A program made the translations under genes and the position numbers. 64,000 nt of DNA from Octopus sinensis. Lineage: Eukaryota. Numbering within the stretch: position 1 is the stretch's first letter; each line of letters opens with the position of its first letter. The stretch spans positions 57,536,001 through 57,600,000 of the forward strand of contig NC_043009.1 in assembly GCF_006345805.1 (NCBI RefSeq), written 5' to 3'. Below, in pieces: positions 49,488 through 63,754 of this stretch. The notes beneath the pieces are model-generated. The model ran no database searches and was not told the DNA's origin. It saw nothing but the letters and a program-made list of their open reading frames with translations.

Positions 49488-49653
49488 CTGCTTTAGGTGG
49501 AGATAGATACTGACATATAGAGAAGATAGAGAGATAGTAAGACAGAGAGAGAGAGAGAGAGAGGGAGTGAGTGAGAGATACAGAGAGGGAAATGGTCTAA
49601 GACAGACGTAGATAGATAGATAGACAGATAGACAAATAGAGTGGCGGAGTGAG

Positions 49654-49709
<56 letters not shown>

Positions 49710-49936
49710 TTGTGTGTGTGTGTGTGTTTAAGCGGGCAAGTGACAGACTAAGAGAGTGAGAGAGAGTGAAAATGAGGAAGAGGAGACTAAAGCGTGTGTA
49801 TGCATGCGTGCGTGCGTGCGTGCGTGCGTGTGTATGCGTGCGTGTGTATGTGTGTGCATGCCTCTGCGTGTAGGCTTGCGTGCTTGTGTGTGGGAGAGGG
49901 GTGGGATGTGCGTGTATATGTGTGTGTATGTATGTG

Positions 49937-49978
<42 letters not shown>

Positions 49979-50168
49979 CATACATTTTGTCACTCAAATT
50001 CTAATGATGTCGTCATGACCTTCGGCCACTTGACAGCTAGATAAATAGCTATACATTTGTGCGTGTGCGTGTGCGTGCGTAGGTGCGTGCACCTATGTGT
50101 GTGAGTGCGTGTTCAGTGCGTGTGTATGTTTTTACGCGCAGTTATATATGCACGCATATATTATACAT

Positions 50169-50226
<58 letters not shown>

Positions 50227-50344
50227 GTACATATATATATGATTATATAATATATATGTATATGCATATACGGACATATATGTACATATATATACATTAT
50301 ATATATATATATATGCATGTATGTATATATATATATATATACGC

Positions 50345-50545
50345 TTTTACTCTTTTACTTGTTTCAGTCATTTGACTGTGGCCATGCTGGAGCACCGCCT
50401 TTAGTCGGGCAAACTGACCCCAGGAGTTATTCTTTTGTAAGTCTAGTACTATTTTATCGATCTCTTTTGCCGAACAGCTAAGTAACGCCGACGTAAACAC
50501 ACCAGCATCGGTGTTGGGGGGACAAACACAGAGACACAAACACAC
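50345..50545 (-). mobile_element. SINE family A, 3' half
   Basis: TTTTACTTGTTTCAGTCATTTGACTGTGGCC... through CACCAGCATCGG. Confidence 0.8.
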
Positions 50546-50614
50546 ACACATATGCATATATATATACATGTATGTATAAATATATATTTACTATATTATT
50601 TGTATAATAAATTT

Positions 50615-50663
<49 letters not shown>

Positions 50664-50782
50664 TATATATATAGTTATATATATGATTATATATATAATT
50701 ATATCCTATATTTACATATATATTTATGTATACATATATACACACGCAAGTGGATATATATTATATATATATATATATATAT

Positions 50783-50887
50783 GTATACGTATATATGTAT
50801 ATTTGTATGCACACACATAGTTATATAACTAGATGCATGCATGCCTCCATGCATATACATACATATACATATACGTACATACATATA

Positions 50888-50931
<44 letters not shown>

Positions 50932-51040
50932 TATATGTATGTACGTATATTATATGTATGTATATGTATATGCATGGAGGCATGCATGCATCTATTATAT
51001 AACTCTGTGTGTGCATACAAATATACATATATACGTATAC
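50783..51040. repeat. Foldback palindrome centred on (AT)n
   Basis: Arms of about 105 bp, including the non-repetitive GCATGCATGCCTCCATGC / GCATGGAGGCATGCATGC. Confidence 0.85.
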
Positions 51041-51050
51041 ACACATACAT

Positions 51051-51097
<47 letters not shown>

Positions 51098-51755
51098 TAT
51101 ATACGTACATACATACATATATGTATACATTTATGTATATACTTAAATATGTAGAAAATGTATATATACATATATATTATATATATATATATATTATATA
51201 TAATTATATATATATATTATATATACATATATGTATATATTTAGATTATATGTGTGTGTGTCTGTGTGTGTGTGTATAAAACAATGCGATGTAATGGCGG
51301 TGCGTGTGCGAGCAAATCAAATCAAACAGTGGACGTGGCGGGGGGGAGAGGGAGGGGAGATACTATTACCGGTACAGATGTACCGACTATAAACAATGTT
51401 ATATTACTAACTCTCCATGCCTTCACCCGCACCTCCAACCTTTTTCACACCCCCAACACCCCACCTCACCACCACTGCCACCACAACCACCACCACCACC
51501 ACTATGACTACAGCCACCGCTGCCATCACCACCGCCGCCGCTACCCCCACCATCATCACTGTGGTATGATAATCATCAAGGCAAGAGGCGGGGAAGATAT
51601 TTTATGACAGGGAAAAAAAAAAAGGAAAACTCTGAATTATCATTATTATTATTATTATTTTTATTATATTATTGTTTTTTTTACTAATGTTTGGGGGTGG
51701 TTTCCAGATTTTTCCAGATTGTTCTTAATAAATTGTCTTTTTTCGTTTTTCTTAG

Positions 51756-51790
<35 letters not shown>

Positions 51791-51890
51791 TTCGGTGGGG
51801 GGGAACAACGGGGAAATGGAATTTTTTGAAGTAAATATTTTTTATATTTTGTTTTATTAATTTATATTTAAGCTGGTGATTGTCTGTCTG

Positions 51891-51927
<37 letters not shown>

Positions 51928-51983
51928 TGATCTATCTATCGGTCTATCTCTCGGTCTGTAACTATCCGTTTTCTATCTGTCTG

Positions 51984-52025
<42 letters not shown>

Positions 52026-52173
52026 ACATGCATGCACATATATATGCATACACATTCATACATGCATTCATATATACATACATACATACACATATATACA
52101 TACATACACATATATACATACATACACACATATATATATATATATACATACACATACATGGCAGCAGTAATTT

Positions 52174-52211
<38 letters not shown>

Positions 52212-52232
52212 ATTACCGTAGTAGTAATTATT

Positions 52233-52272
<40 letters not shown>

Positions 52273-52706
52273 CAGCGCAGCAGCAGTAGCAACAACTTGA
52301 CTTCTCTATAAGGAAACGGTGTTGGGTATATACGGGAGTTGGAAGGTGGGGGGTGGAGGTGGAGGTGGGGGTGGAGGTGGGGGTGGTAAAAGTAGGTGTG
52401 CTTGATTACAAAATCAACGACTTTTTTTTTTATATACTTAACTATATTTCTTTTTTATTTTTATTGATAGAAAAAAAAAAAGGAAAACAAGAGAAAAATT
52501 AACAAAAGACAAAAAAACAAAAACAAAACTTAAAGCAGACGACATTTTCATTTTAGAATTTTTTTATTGTTTTATCATCTGCTTTTTTTTTTCTTTTTTT
52601 TTTTTTTCCTTAGTTTTAGCATGTTCACGGTTTTTCTCAGTCCAGACCCCTCTTACTTCACCTCTGTCATTTTCTCCCGCCCTCCCTCACTCTCCCTATC
52701 TCTCCT

Positions 52707-52761
<55 letters not shown>

Positions 52762-52767
52762 TCAACT

Positions 52768-52867
52768 NNNNNNNNNNNNNNNNNNNNNNNNNNNNNNNNN
52801 NNNNNNNNNNNNNNNNNNNNNNNNNNNNNNNNNNNNNNNNNNNNNNNNNNNNNNNNNNNNNNNNNNN
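52768..52867. other. Assembly gap (100 N)
   Basis: Run of 100 N. Confidence 0.99.
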
Positions 52868-53443
52868 GTGGGAGACGAAAGAGGACGAGAGGAGAAGAAG
52901 AGGAGAAAGAGCGAGAGAGATAGGGAGTGGGAGAGAGAGACCGATAGATACATAGATAATTAGACGGGCTGAAAGAGGAGAGAGCGTGGTAGGGAGAGAG
53001 AGAAGAGAGAGAGAAGGAGAGAAAGAGAGACATTCAAAAGTCTCATAGACGGGCAAAAGTTGGCGATTTAGCAGCGGGAGACGAGAGAGAGAGAGAGTTG
53101 AAAAAGCGACGAATACATAGAGAGGAAATACTAAAAGAAGCAAAGTGAAAGAATTAGGAGAGCGGGGGTGGGGGTGGAGAAAAGAAAGAAGGAAGGGAAA
53201 GAGAAAAGAAAGAAAGAGTGAAGGAAAGAATGAAAGACAGAAACAAAGAATGAGGAAAGTGGATTATGTGAAGGAGTTATATATATAGATCGCCGAAAAT
53301 TACTACGATGAATCCGGTTCTTGACTGAAGACTGAGGGGTTCGAATGTTGTCCATGTTTATGATCGTCTCTAATTTATAGTTCTTGTCCATGTTGTATTT
53401 TTCACATACCTTAATATATATATATATATATATATAATATTAG

Positions 53444-53478
<35 letters not shown>

Positions 53479-53967
53479 GTATATATACATATAAGTATAT
53501 ATGCACACACATATATAATACACATATATTCATGTATATCAATATGTGTGTGTGTCTTTATATATATGTGTGTGTATGAATGTATGCATCTATGTGTGAG
53601 TATATATATATGAATACGTGGTGTGTGGATTGGATATATATGAGTGCGTGTGTATACCCATACATATACACATTTACATATAGCTATATATATTTCGATA
53701 TACAACACAACACAAACACACATATCTGTTATGTATAATAGATATATAGATACATATATAAACATATATATCTATCTGTATCTTATTTATACAATCATAT
53801 TCATATCCGGGGATTTGGGGGTGGTTGGTGGGTTTGAGTCCGTGTATATATGTGTGCATGTACATGGGTGTACATATATATATATACGCAAATATACACG
53901 TATATATATGCAAACATGCATACTTGTAAGTCTAAGAATGTACGTGTGTATGTGTGTGTATGTATAT

Positions 53968-53998
<31 letters not shown>

Positions 53999-54289
53999 GC
54001 AAATGTATGTATGTATGTATGCATGTATGTATGTATGTATTTATGTATGTATGCATGCATGCATGTATGTATGTATGTATGTATGTATGTATGTATGTAT
54101 GTATGTATGTATGTATGTATGTATGTATCTGGATGAGTTTAAACTTACTACAGACCAAACTAAAATCTCTGACTCATATTAAACCAACCGAAACATCCAA
54201 CATGGAATCCACTTCTATTGAAGTTAGTAGAGTTGTTTGGTTTTATTTTTCCTTTCCCGAAAGAGAGAGAGTTTTGAATCATTTCTTTA

Positions 54290-54896
54290 CCATTGTTGCT
54301 TTCGTAACCGTTGTAGTTGTAGTTGTTGTTGTTGTTGTTGCTGTTGTTGTTGTTAGAATTCTAGTTCCTGTTTTGTTATTGCTAACGTTGTTCTCCTACA
54401 TGTTTGATTACTTTTGCTATTGTTGTCGATAGTGTTGCTGGTGCTGCCACCATGGCGGATGCTGGCTGCAGTTATCGTTCTTGTTTGTTGCTCACGACGC
54501 CGCCTTGCCTTATAATTGTTGCTTCGTTTTGTTTGTTTGTTGTTTGTTGTTTGTTTGTTTTTTTTTACTTTTTCTTTACTAATAATTTTTTTCTACAACG
54601 ATTTTCTTGTTAATAATGTTGTTGTTAACGTTGCTGACTTTGATTATTTTTGTTGCTGTCTTTATTGATCGCTACTCTTGTTGTTGTTGTTGTTGTTGTT
54701 TTTGTAACTATTGATTATTTCTTTTGTAGTTTTTGTTGTTGTTGTTGTTGTTGTTGTTGTTGCTGTTGTTGCTGCTGTTCTTGTTCATATTTTGGAACTT
54801 AATATATGCTTGCACTTGTTGTTGTCCTCATTGCATTTATTGATTTTTTTTGTTTCTTTCCCGTTGTTGTTGTTACTGCTGCTGCTGCTGCTGCTG

Positions 54897-54928
<32 letters not shown>

Positions 54929-55067
54929 TATTAAAGCAGAAATCCCATTTCTGTAAAATATAATTTCAGTTTAAACAGAAATAATTTTCAATGAATGGGT
55001 AAGGGGAGATATTTCAGATTCTCAATCACTTACACAATTTCTCTCAGATTTTTCATAGTTTTTCTCA

Positions 55068-55102
<35 letters not shown>

Positions 55103-55185
55103 TTACTACTACTACGAATCATTATTATTATTATTATTCCTATTACCATTTCAACTATTATAATTACTACCGCTACGTCTATTAT

Positions 55186-55236
<51 letters not shown>

Positions 55237-55467
55237 TATTATTATTATCATTATTATTATTATTATTATTATCATTATTATTATTATTATATTATCATAC
55301 TATCGTTATTATTATTATTATTATTATTATTATATTATCATTATTATTATTATTATTATATTATTTTTTATCATTATTATTATTATTATTATTATTATCG
55401 TTATTATTATTATTATTATTAATATTATTATTATTATTATTATTGTTATTATTATTATTATTATTAA

Positions 55468-55516
<49 letters not shown>

Positions 55517-55595
55517 GTTGTTGTTGTTGTTGTTGTTGTTGTTATTGTTGCTGGTGTTGTTGTTGTTCATGTTGCTGGCGTTGTTGTTTTTGTTG
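54290..55595. repeat. Compound (GTT)/(ATT)/(ACT)n low-complexity block
   Basis: Directly visible. Confidence 0.9.
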
Positions 55596-55729
55596 TTCCG
55601 AGGCGATAATATTTGATAGTAGATTCGTTCTTCGTCTGAGTTTCTATGGTTATAAATACGTTTGCCATATATGGAGCGCTTACACTGGTATGGAATAGTG
55701 ATAGCAGCAGCAGCAGCAAAAGCAGCAGC

Positions 55730-55788
<59 letters not shown>

Positions 55789-56052
55789 CAGAAGTGTACA
55801 AGTTGTACAAAGAAGAGATGTCTCAATTTGTCAAGTTCTTCAGTTCTCAAGTACACAAGTACGCAGATAACCAGAGGAAAAGCATGTGTTCATACACACA
55901 CACATATATATACAAGTGAATATATATATACAAATATGAATATGTATGCATATATGAATATATATATATATACACACACACATATACATATATATACATA
56001 TATATAAACACACATATACATATGTATATATATATATATAAATATATATATG

Positions 56053-56355
56053 CCTGGAGGCCCAATGGCCCATGGTTAGAGCAGCGGACTCGCGGTCGTA
56101 GAATCGCGGTTTCAATTCCCAGACTGGGCGTTGTGAGTGTTTACTGAGCGAAAACACCTGCAAGCTCCACGAAGCTTTGGCAGGGGTTTGTGGCGATCCC
56201 TGCTGTATTCTTTCGCCACAACTTTCTTTCACTCTTTCTTCTGTTGGCCAGCTCGCTTAGCCAGCAGGGTGGCGTCATTTGAAGGCTAAAACAATGCGAA
56301 GCGCATTGTGACCAGCGATGTGTAGCAACATCTGATAGCCAGGTCGGTCACGATG
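56053..56355 (+). mobile_element. tRNA-derived SINE, family C head with a different tail
   Basis: GGAGGCCCAATGGCCCATGGTTAGAGCAGCGGACTC head as in 29750-30056; the 3' part differs. Confidence 0.75.
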
Positions 56356-56688
56356 ATATAAATATGCATACATATATATATATATGCATATATATATGTA
56401 TATGTATATATAAATATGTATATGTATATATGATATATATATATTATATATATATATATATATTATATATATTATATATATATATACATAAAGAGAAAAA
56501 CAACTGGTTTAAAATATCTGAGCGGGATATATGTACCGTAAAGTCTATTTGCCAACGCAACGTGGCAGTCTATGCAGGACGATGGTGCCACCTTTTAGCC
56601 CCAGGAAGACATCTTTTCCAGCTGACTACCAACACTTGATCTGTGTCCGTATATTGTGTGCAAGGGAGTCCACTTGCCGTAACGATAC

Positions 56689-56783
56689 CTGTAGTCCAAT
56701 GGTTTCTGGATAATTTCCCTTCGTCGGTACAGGACAACCGCCGGCTGGAGATAGCAGCCACTCGCTCTTGTTCATAGTAGATA
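56689..56783 (-). CDS. Weak candidate 95-nt exon
   Basis: CAG|GTATCG donor; unique GC-rich sequence; the acceptor lacks a pyrimidine tract. Confidence 0.18.
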
Positions 56784-56948
56784 CTTTTAATAAATGATAT
56801 ACTATATTATATATGTGTGTTTCGTTTTATGATGAGTTATTATAAAAGCAGTTTTACATTAATCTGATGTGTTTCGCTATACCTTTGTGAAGTACAAATT
56901 TATGTTTCGATGTTACTTTCAATAAAGTTCTTGCTTCAGAATTATATT

Positions 56949-57014
<66 letters not shown>

Positions 57015-57046
57015 TACATACATATATACATACATACATACATACA

Positions 57047-57114
<68 letters not shown>

Positions 57115-57759
57115 TACATATATACATATATACATATGTATGTATATATCTTCAAATTTGAGAAAATTAAGCCATTAACTTACTAGACCGAGTCAGATAT
57201 ATATACAATGTCTTAACGTTATATGGGATATATATCGGACTGTGCATGTAATGTGACATAATATAATATATCAAACAGATAACAAATGATATCAAATATC
57301 ATATATTTCAAATATGAGAAGTGAAAGAAGAGATATATCTATAAGATACGTAGAGGAAATAACTGATAAATTTCAATTAGACAATAAATGTAATTTTATA
57401 CTTCATTCATACAAATATATATACGCACTCGCTTTCTCTCTCTCTCTCTCTCTCACTCACTGAATGCACACATACGCACAGATAGGCACACAGAGTCATA
57501 TATACATACATTGATACATAAACATGCTCGCACACGCACACACAAACATACACTTACGTTACAAATTATGAACATCAAGCGAAGAGTTGAACTGGTCTGA
57601 ATTTCCTATTCACTCTCAAAACGTCTGATTAGTCTATTGTTTATGATTATAATTAAGAACGAGTTTTATTTTTTTTATTCAAGAATAATGATGACAATCT
57701 TCTTGTTGTTGCTGCTGTTGTAGTTACTGCCGCTGCTGCTGCTGCTGAATATACTATTT

Positions 57760-58168
57760 TACTCTTTCACTTGTTTCAGTCATTTGACTGCGGCCATGCT
57801 GGAGCACCGCCTTTATAGTCGAGTAAATCGACCACAGACCTTATTCTTTGTAAGCCTAGTACTTATTCTATCGGTCTCTTTTGCCGATCCGCTAATTTAC
57901 GGGGACGTAAACACACCAGCATCGGTTGTCAAGCGATGCTGGGGTGACAAACAGACGCACAATCATACACACACACACATATATATATATATGTATGTAT
58001 GTATATTCATATACGACGGGCTTCTTCCAGTTTCCGTCCACTCACAAGGCTTTGGTCGGCCCGAGGCTATAGTAGAAGACACTTGCCCAAGGTGCCACGC
58101 AGTGGGACTGAACACGGGACCATGTGGTTGGTAAGCAAACTACTTACCACACAGCCACTCCAGCGCCT
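57760..58168 (-). mobile_element. SINE family A
   Basis: Full-length. Confidence 0.9.
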
Positions 58169-58309
58169 AAGATGATGATGATGATGATGATGATGGTGCC
58201 ACTGCTGCTGCCGCTGATGATGTTAATGATGATGATAACATTGATATAATTATAATAATCATTTATTTTTGAAAACGGTTTTTAAATAACTCTTTCCAAA
58301 ATGTAGAGC

Positions 58310-58785
58310 AAAAGAGCCGGAATTTTAGGAGTATAGCGTAGGTCGATCACATCGACCACATTGTTCAACTGGTACTTTACTTCATCGACCCCAGTACACA
58401 GCTGGTACTTTACTTCATCGGCCCCGAAAGGATGAGTGACAAAGTTGGCCTCGGTGGAATTTGAACTCAGAACTTAAAGTACCAGAAATACCGCTGAACA
58501 TCTTTTTTTATTTATTTTAATAATGGTTCCAAATTAAGGCACAATGCCAGCAATATTAAAAGTTGTAGGAAGGCGACGAGCTGGCAGAAACCTTAACTCG
58601 CCGGGCGAAATACTTAGCGTTATTTCGTCAGCCTTTATGTTCTGAGTTCAAATTCTGCCGAGGTCGACTTTGCCTTTCATCCTTTCAGGGCCAATAAATT
58701 AAATACCAGTTGCGTATTGGTGTCGACCAAATCGACCGGCGTCCTGCACCAAAATATCGGGCCTTGTGCCAAGAGTAGAAAAGAA
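58310..58785. mobile_element. Two family B SINEs in opposite orientation
   Basis: Minus-strand partial copy at 58310-58500; plus-strand copy at 58570-58785. Confidence 0.8.
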
Positions 58786-58849
58786 TATTAGAAGTTGCAA
58801 GTTAAGTCGAATACATTGACATCCCTGCACCCCCGTACTCAACTGGTAT

Positions 58850-58921
58850 TTCCACCACCACCACCACCACCTACTACTACTACTACTACTATTACTGCTA
58901 CTACTACTACTTCTTCTTCTA

Positions 58922-58959
<38 letters not shown>

Positions 58960-59161
58960 ACTACTAGTACCACCACTACTACTGCTACTACTAGTACTAC
59001 TACTACTGCTGCTGCTACTACTACTACTACTGCTGCTGCTACTACTACTACTACCACTACTACTACTGCTACTACTAGTACTACCACTACTACTACTACT
59101 GCTACTACTAGTAATACTACTACTGCTGCTGCTGCTGCTGCTACTACTAGTGCTACTACTT

Positions 59162-59192
<31 letters not shown>

Positions 59193-59696
59193 CTCTACCT
59201 CATGTTCTTAGATCCGTTAACATTTTATTTAAGATCTTCTTTTGCTTTTACATTATCTTTCGTTTTTATTTTATATTTTTAACGAATTTTTCGTTTGTTT
59301 TACATTTCTCTTTTCCTTTTTTCCTTTTGTTTTTGTTTATTGTTTGTTTGTTCTGTTTCATCTCTTCATTAAAATAATTACACTTGTTATTCTGCTTTGT
59401 TCGAGTCTCTCTGAGGTCAATTCTGCTTCCTTGCATCACTTCGGAGTCGATAGAATAAGGCACCAGCCGACTGACTCCCTTTACAAAATTGCGCTGGCCT
59501 TTTGCCTGAATAAGAAAATAGCATCATCATCATGATCACCATCATTATCGTCGTCGTCATTACCATTACCATCATCATCACCACTACCATCATCATCACC
59601 ACTACCATCATCATCACCACTACCATCATCATCACCACTACCATCATCATCAATGTCATCATCCTCATCATCATCATCATCCTCATCATCATCATC

Positions 59697-59737
<41 letters not shown>

Positions 59738-59945
59738 GAGGAGGAATAGGAGAAGGGGAGGAGTAGGAGAAGGAGGACGAGGAGGACGAGGAGGAGAAGG
59801 AGGGGGACGAGGAGGAGAAGGAGGACGAGGAGGAGAAGGAGGAGGTCGAGGAGGAGGACGAGGAGGAAAAGGAGGAGGCCGAGGAGGAGAAGGAGGAGGA
59901 CGAGGGGGAGGAGGCGAAGAGAAGGACAACGAGGAGGAGGGGGTA
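58850..59945. repeat. (ACT/GCT)n, (ATC)n and (GGA)n low-complexity blocks
   Basis: Directly visible. Confidence 0.9.
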
Positions 59946-60289
59946 GATTTGCACAATTACTAGTCTGTTGGCAAAACTGTCATGTGAATTTTTGAATTAC
60001 AAGTTAAGATAAAAGAAAAAGGGTGGGGTGAGACCAACTTGAAGACATATAATGTAACAGAAAATAAGGAATTGTCTGGGAAACAAAAAATCAATGAATA
60101 ACTGAAACAAGAGATTCTTACTGAACCGCAAAGAATCAATCGGTATGAAAATCTACAAGAATTCTTCGAATAAATTAGCTCAAGTTCAACCCCCACCCGA
60201 AGATAAAATTTCATTTTTTAATTAGGTCAGTACAAACTACAAAATATCGTGTATCAACGAGAGAAGAACTATAGAGATAATCATTTCTA

Positions 60290-61130
60290 TTATAGGCACG
60301 ACGCCTGGAATTTTGGGGGAAGGGTGAAGTCAATGACATCGACCCCAGTGCGTAACTGGTACTTATTTTATTAAGCTGACTTCGGTGGAATTTGAACTTA
60401 GAACGTTAAAACAGTCGAAATGCCGCTAAGCATTTCGCCCCACGGCATGCTAACGATTCTTATTTCTTTATTGCCCCCAAGGGGCTACACACAGAGGGGA
60501 CAAACAAGAACAGACAAAGGGATTAGGGGATTAAGTTTAACAGGTACTTACTTTATCGACCCCGAAAAGAAGAAATGCAAAGTCGACCATCGTGGAATTT
60601 GAAGGTTATTCAGAACGTGAAGATTGATGAAATGTCACTAAGTACTTTGTCCGGCGCAGTAACGATTTTGCCAGCTCACTGCGTTACAGAATTGCATAGG
60701 TATTCTTTTCTACTCTAGACACAAGGCCTGAAATTTTGGGGAGGGGGCTATGCGATTAGATCAACCCTAGTACGCAACTGGTACTTAATTTATCGACCCC
60801 GAAAGGATGAAAGGCAAAGTCGACCTCAGCGGAATTTCAACTCAGAACATAAAGTCTGATGCCATACCGGTAAGCATTTCGCCTGGCGTGCTAAAGTTTC
60901 TTATTTCTTTATTGCCCACCAGGGGCTAAACATAGAGGGGACAAACAAGGACAGACAAGGGATTAAGTCGATTACATCGACCCCAGTACGAAACTGCTAC
61001 TTTATTTATCGACTCCGAAAGGATGAAAAGCTGAGTCGACCTCGACAGAATTTGAACTCAGAACGTAGCGGCAGACGAAATACCGCCAAGCATTTCGCCC
61101 GGCGTGCTAACGTTTCTGCCAGCTCGCTGC
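60290..61130 (-). mobile_element. Cluster of four chained family B SINE units
   Basis: Junctions of the AAAGAAATAAG-AA(T/A)C type near 60450 and 60895. Confidence 0.8.
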
Positions 61131-61599
61131 CATAGAATTGCATAGGTATTGACAAGAAAGAACCATTACGGATAATATTGCTCAAAACAATAAACACAAC
61201 ACCTGAAAAATTTTGGGGGGGGGGGGGGGGGAGTTCTTAACAATATAAAGAGTAGCCCAAGCATTACAAAAAAACAAAAAATGAAACAAGTGAAACAAAT
61301 TAACAGCCCTACAAAATGATAATATTCCAAGTTTTTGCTTTCAATATTTCAGAATTGTTTACACGGTGAGCAAAATGTCTACTGGTATTTCGTTCGTCTT
61401 CATGTCCTGACTTCAAATCTCGCCGAAGTCTACTTCCCCTTTCATACTTTTGGGGTCGATAGAATAAGTACAAGTTGAACACTGGGATCAATGCAACCGA
61501 ATTAGCCCTTACTTCGAAATTTCTGGTCTTGCCCAAAAACCTAAAATCAATATTCAACAATGTCACAATGATGTTTAGCGAGATACTCATGGTGGAGAA

Positions 61600-63060
61600 A
61601 ATTAAATTCTTAAGCCTTTTAAAACAAGAAATCGTCCTACAACCTACAGAATTTCACCGCAATAAATAAGCATCGAAAAGAAGCAATCTGTTCCTAGAAG
61701 TAGAAAATAGATGTAACGAAAGCTAATGTAGTTGTAGATATTAATTATTGACCAGCAAATCCATAAATTGCTGGGGTACTGGAGTAGAGAAAAGTCTGAA
61801 AATAACATTGATTGATTCCCTGAAGGCTTTTGATAGTGTTCGTTGGATAGTTGAAATATTAGCCATGAATACTGTAGTAATAATAAATAGACGTAGTAAA
61901 TACATTCTGAGTAACTACACCAAAGCAACATCGAAGAATCGAAAATTAAGAACGCTAGCATCAATGTTAGATAATGAAAGATGAGAGAATTATACCAAAC
62001 ACAGGCTTACGAATACTTAGGAATCAATGGACTAGACAGATTATTATGCACAGAAATGAAAAAGAAAGATTAGGAAGGAATTTTATGGTACATTACAGTA
62101 ATACATAATACAGAACTAAAAAAAAGCGGAAAAAATAAGGTAATGTGTACTAACACTGTTGCTGTATAGCTATAGTTATAATATTCTCTACCGGACTATA
62201 AATGAATTCGCGAGACTAATCAGAAAATAATGACGGGATTTAGATTTGTCATCCCAAATCATTAATCATATTTACAACGAATACAGGAAATTATGCAGCT
62301 AGAAAACTATTATAAAATATTTACTATAAGACTACAAAACAACAAAATTAGATATTTTCTCTCTTCGAGTAGTCAACGGGTACAAAACAGAGGCTGAAAT
62401 AACAGATAGTTAAAGAAGAATGTGAATCAGTAATGGACACTTTGTGAAAAATAGTGAAGAATTAGTGTTAAAATGAGTTTTTTTTTTTGTTTTTTTGCCA
62501 TGAACAAAATAGTAAACTTTATGGAAATAGATAAGGAAAAATTATAGCGTTGGCTGAGAGGTGCAAGACATGAAGTTGACATTGAAGGCGTCTTTATTGC
62601 AGCATGGAATGAAAAATTTCTTATCAGAAACCGCGAAAGTACAAAACAAAGCAGGTTGAATAACTACAGAATATGTGGAGATGTGAAGAAACAATTAACT
62701 AGATTGTCATTAGCTTCCCAAGGCTACATCTTAATAGCATGACAGAGTTGGATTTGCATACACTGAAAATTATGCCAGTATTATGGAAGTTCAAAAGGAA
62801 AGCGGTGGTATAGACATAAACTAGAGAAGCTCTCAGGGAATGATTGATCTATCATACTCTGGGGTGTAGCAACAGGTATAGATAAGATCAAGGTCACTCG
62901 GCCAGATATTTTCGTCAAGATCAATCAAGAATGGAAGTTTCTCCTAATCGAAGTATCAATCCCAACAAACGATGGTGTAGCTCAAAAAGAAACTGAGAAA
63001 TTATCTAAATATAAAGATTTACATATAACATGAACGAAAGCAATGGAAACTGAAACGACC
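61600..63060 (+). pseudogene. Decayed R4/Dong-clade LINE (RT, CCHC and restriction-like endonuclease)
   Basis: IDSLKAFDSV, YEYLGI, degenerate CRICG, HDRVG, TRPDIFVK..LIEVSIP..KETEKLSKYKDL. Confidence 0.85.
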
Positions 63061-63754
63061 ACCATGATTGTTTCAAATTTTGACACAAAGTCAAAAGCCA
63101 TGGCATTGTAACCCGCCTTCCTCTAGAACTAATGGGGGGACCATCATTATCAACAGTAGAAGCACCACCAACACCACCTCCACCATCACTGCCTTATCAT
63201 TACAGCTGTCCACACTATCACCACCAACGTTATCATCGTTACCATTAGCATCACCATTGCTGTTAGCATCGCCGCCGCCACCTCTATCGTCATTACAACC
63301 ATATCCGTCATCATCGTCATCACCATGAAGATCACCACTAACGATAAAACCACCAGAATCACAGTTACTCCTACTAACACTTACGCTACCTCGTCAATTG
63401 CCACTACCACCACTACCACCACCACCACCACTACTACGACTACTATTATTATTACTAATACAACTACAACTACTATTACCATCACCAAACTTAATTTGAC
63501 CTATTACCCCGCCATCACCACCATCATCAATACTACCACCAGCACTATCTCACCAATTACCAGCGCCAGAACCACCACCACTACTACTACTACCACAACC
63601 AACATTATTTCACCTGTTACTACAGCCACCATCAGCACTACCACCAACACCATCACCATTCCATAAGTCTTAAAGATTTACATATAACAAGAAAGAGAGT
63701 ATTGAAAACTGAAACAACCACAATAAATGTTTCAATTTAAAGCAGTTTTATAGG

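Noticed and set aside
49645-49712. (GCGT)n tract as a functional Z-DNA element
   Set aside because: An ordinary microsatellite in a repeat-saturated region; nothing indicates function.
54436-54613. Perfect Kozak GCCACCATGG ORF (MADAGCSY...)
   Set aside because: It runs straight into low-complexity T-rich sequence with no donor site; likely chance.
53644-55810. The longest ORFs in the track (262 aa and 204 aa)
   Set aside because: Almost entirely (TATG)n, (GTT)n and (ATT)n.
59417-59963. Pro/Gly/Asp-rich ORFs resembling structural proteins
   Set aside because: All frames are open because of (GGA)n, (ATC)n and (AGT)n; no splice or start context.
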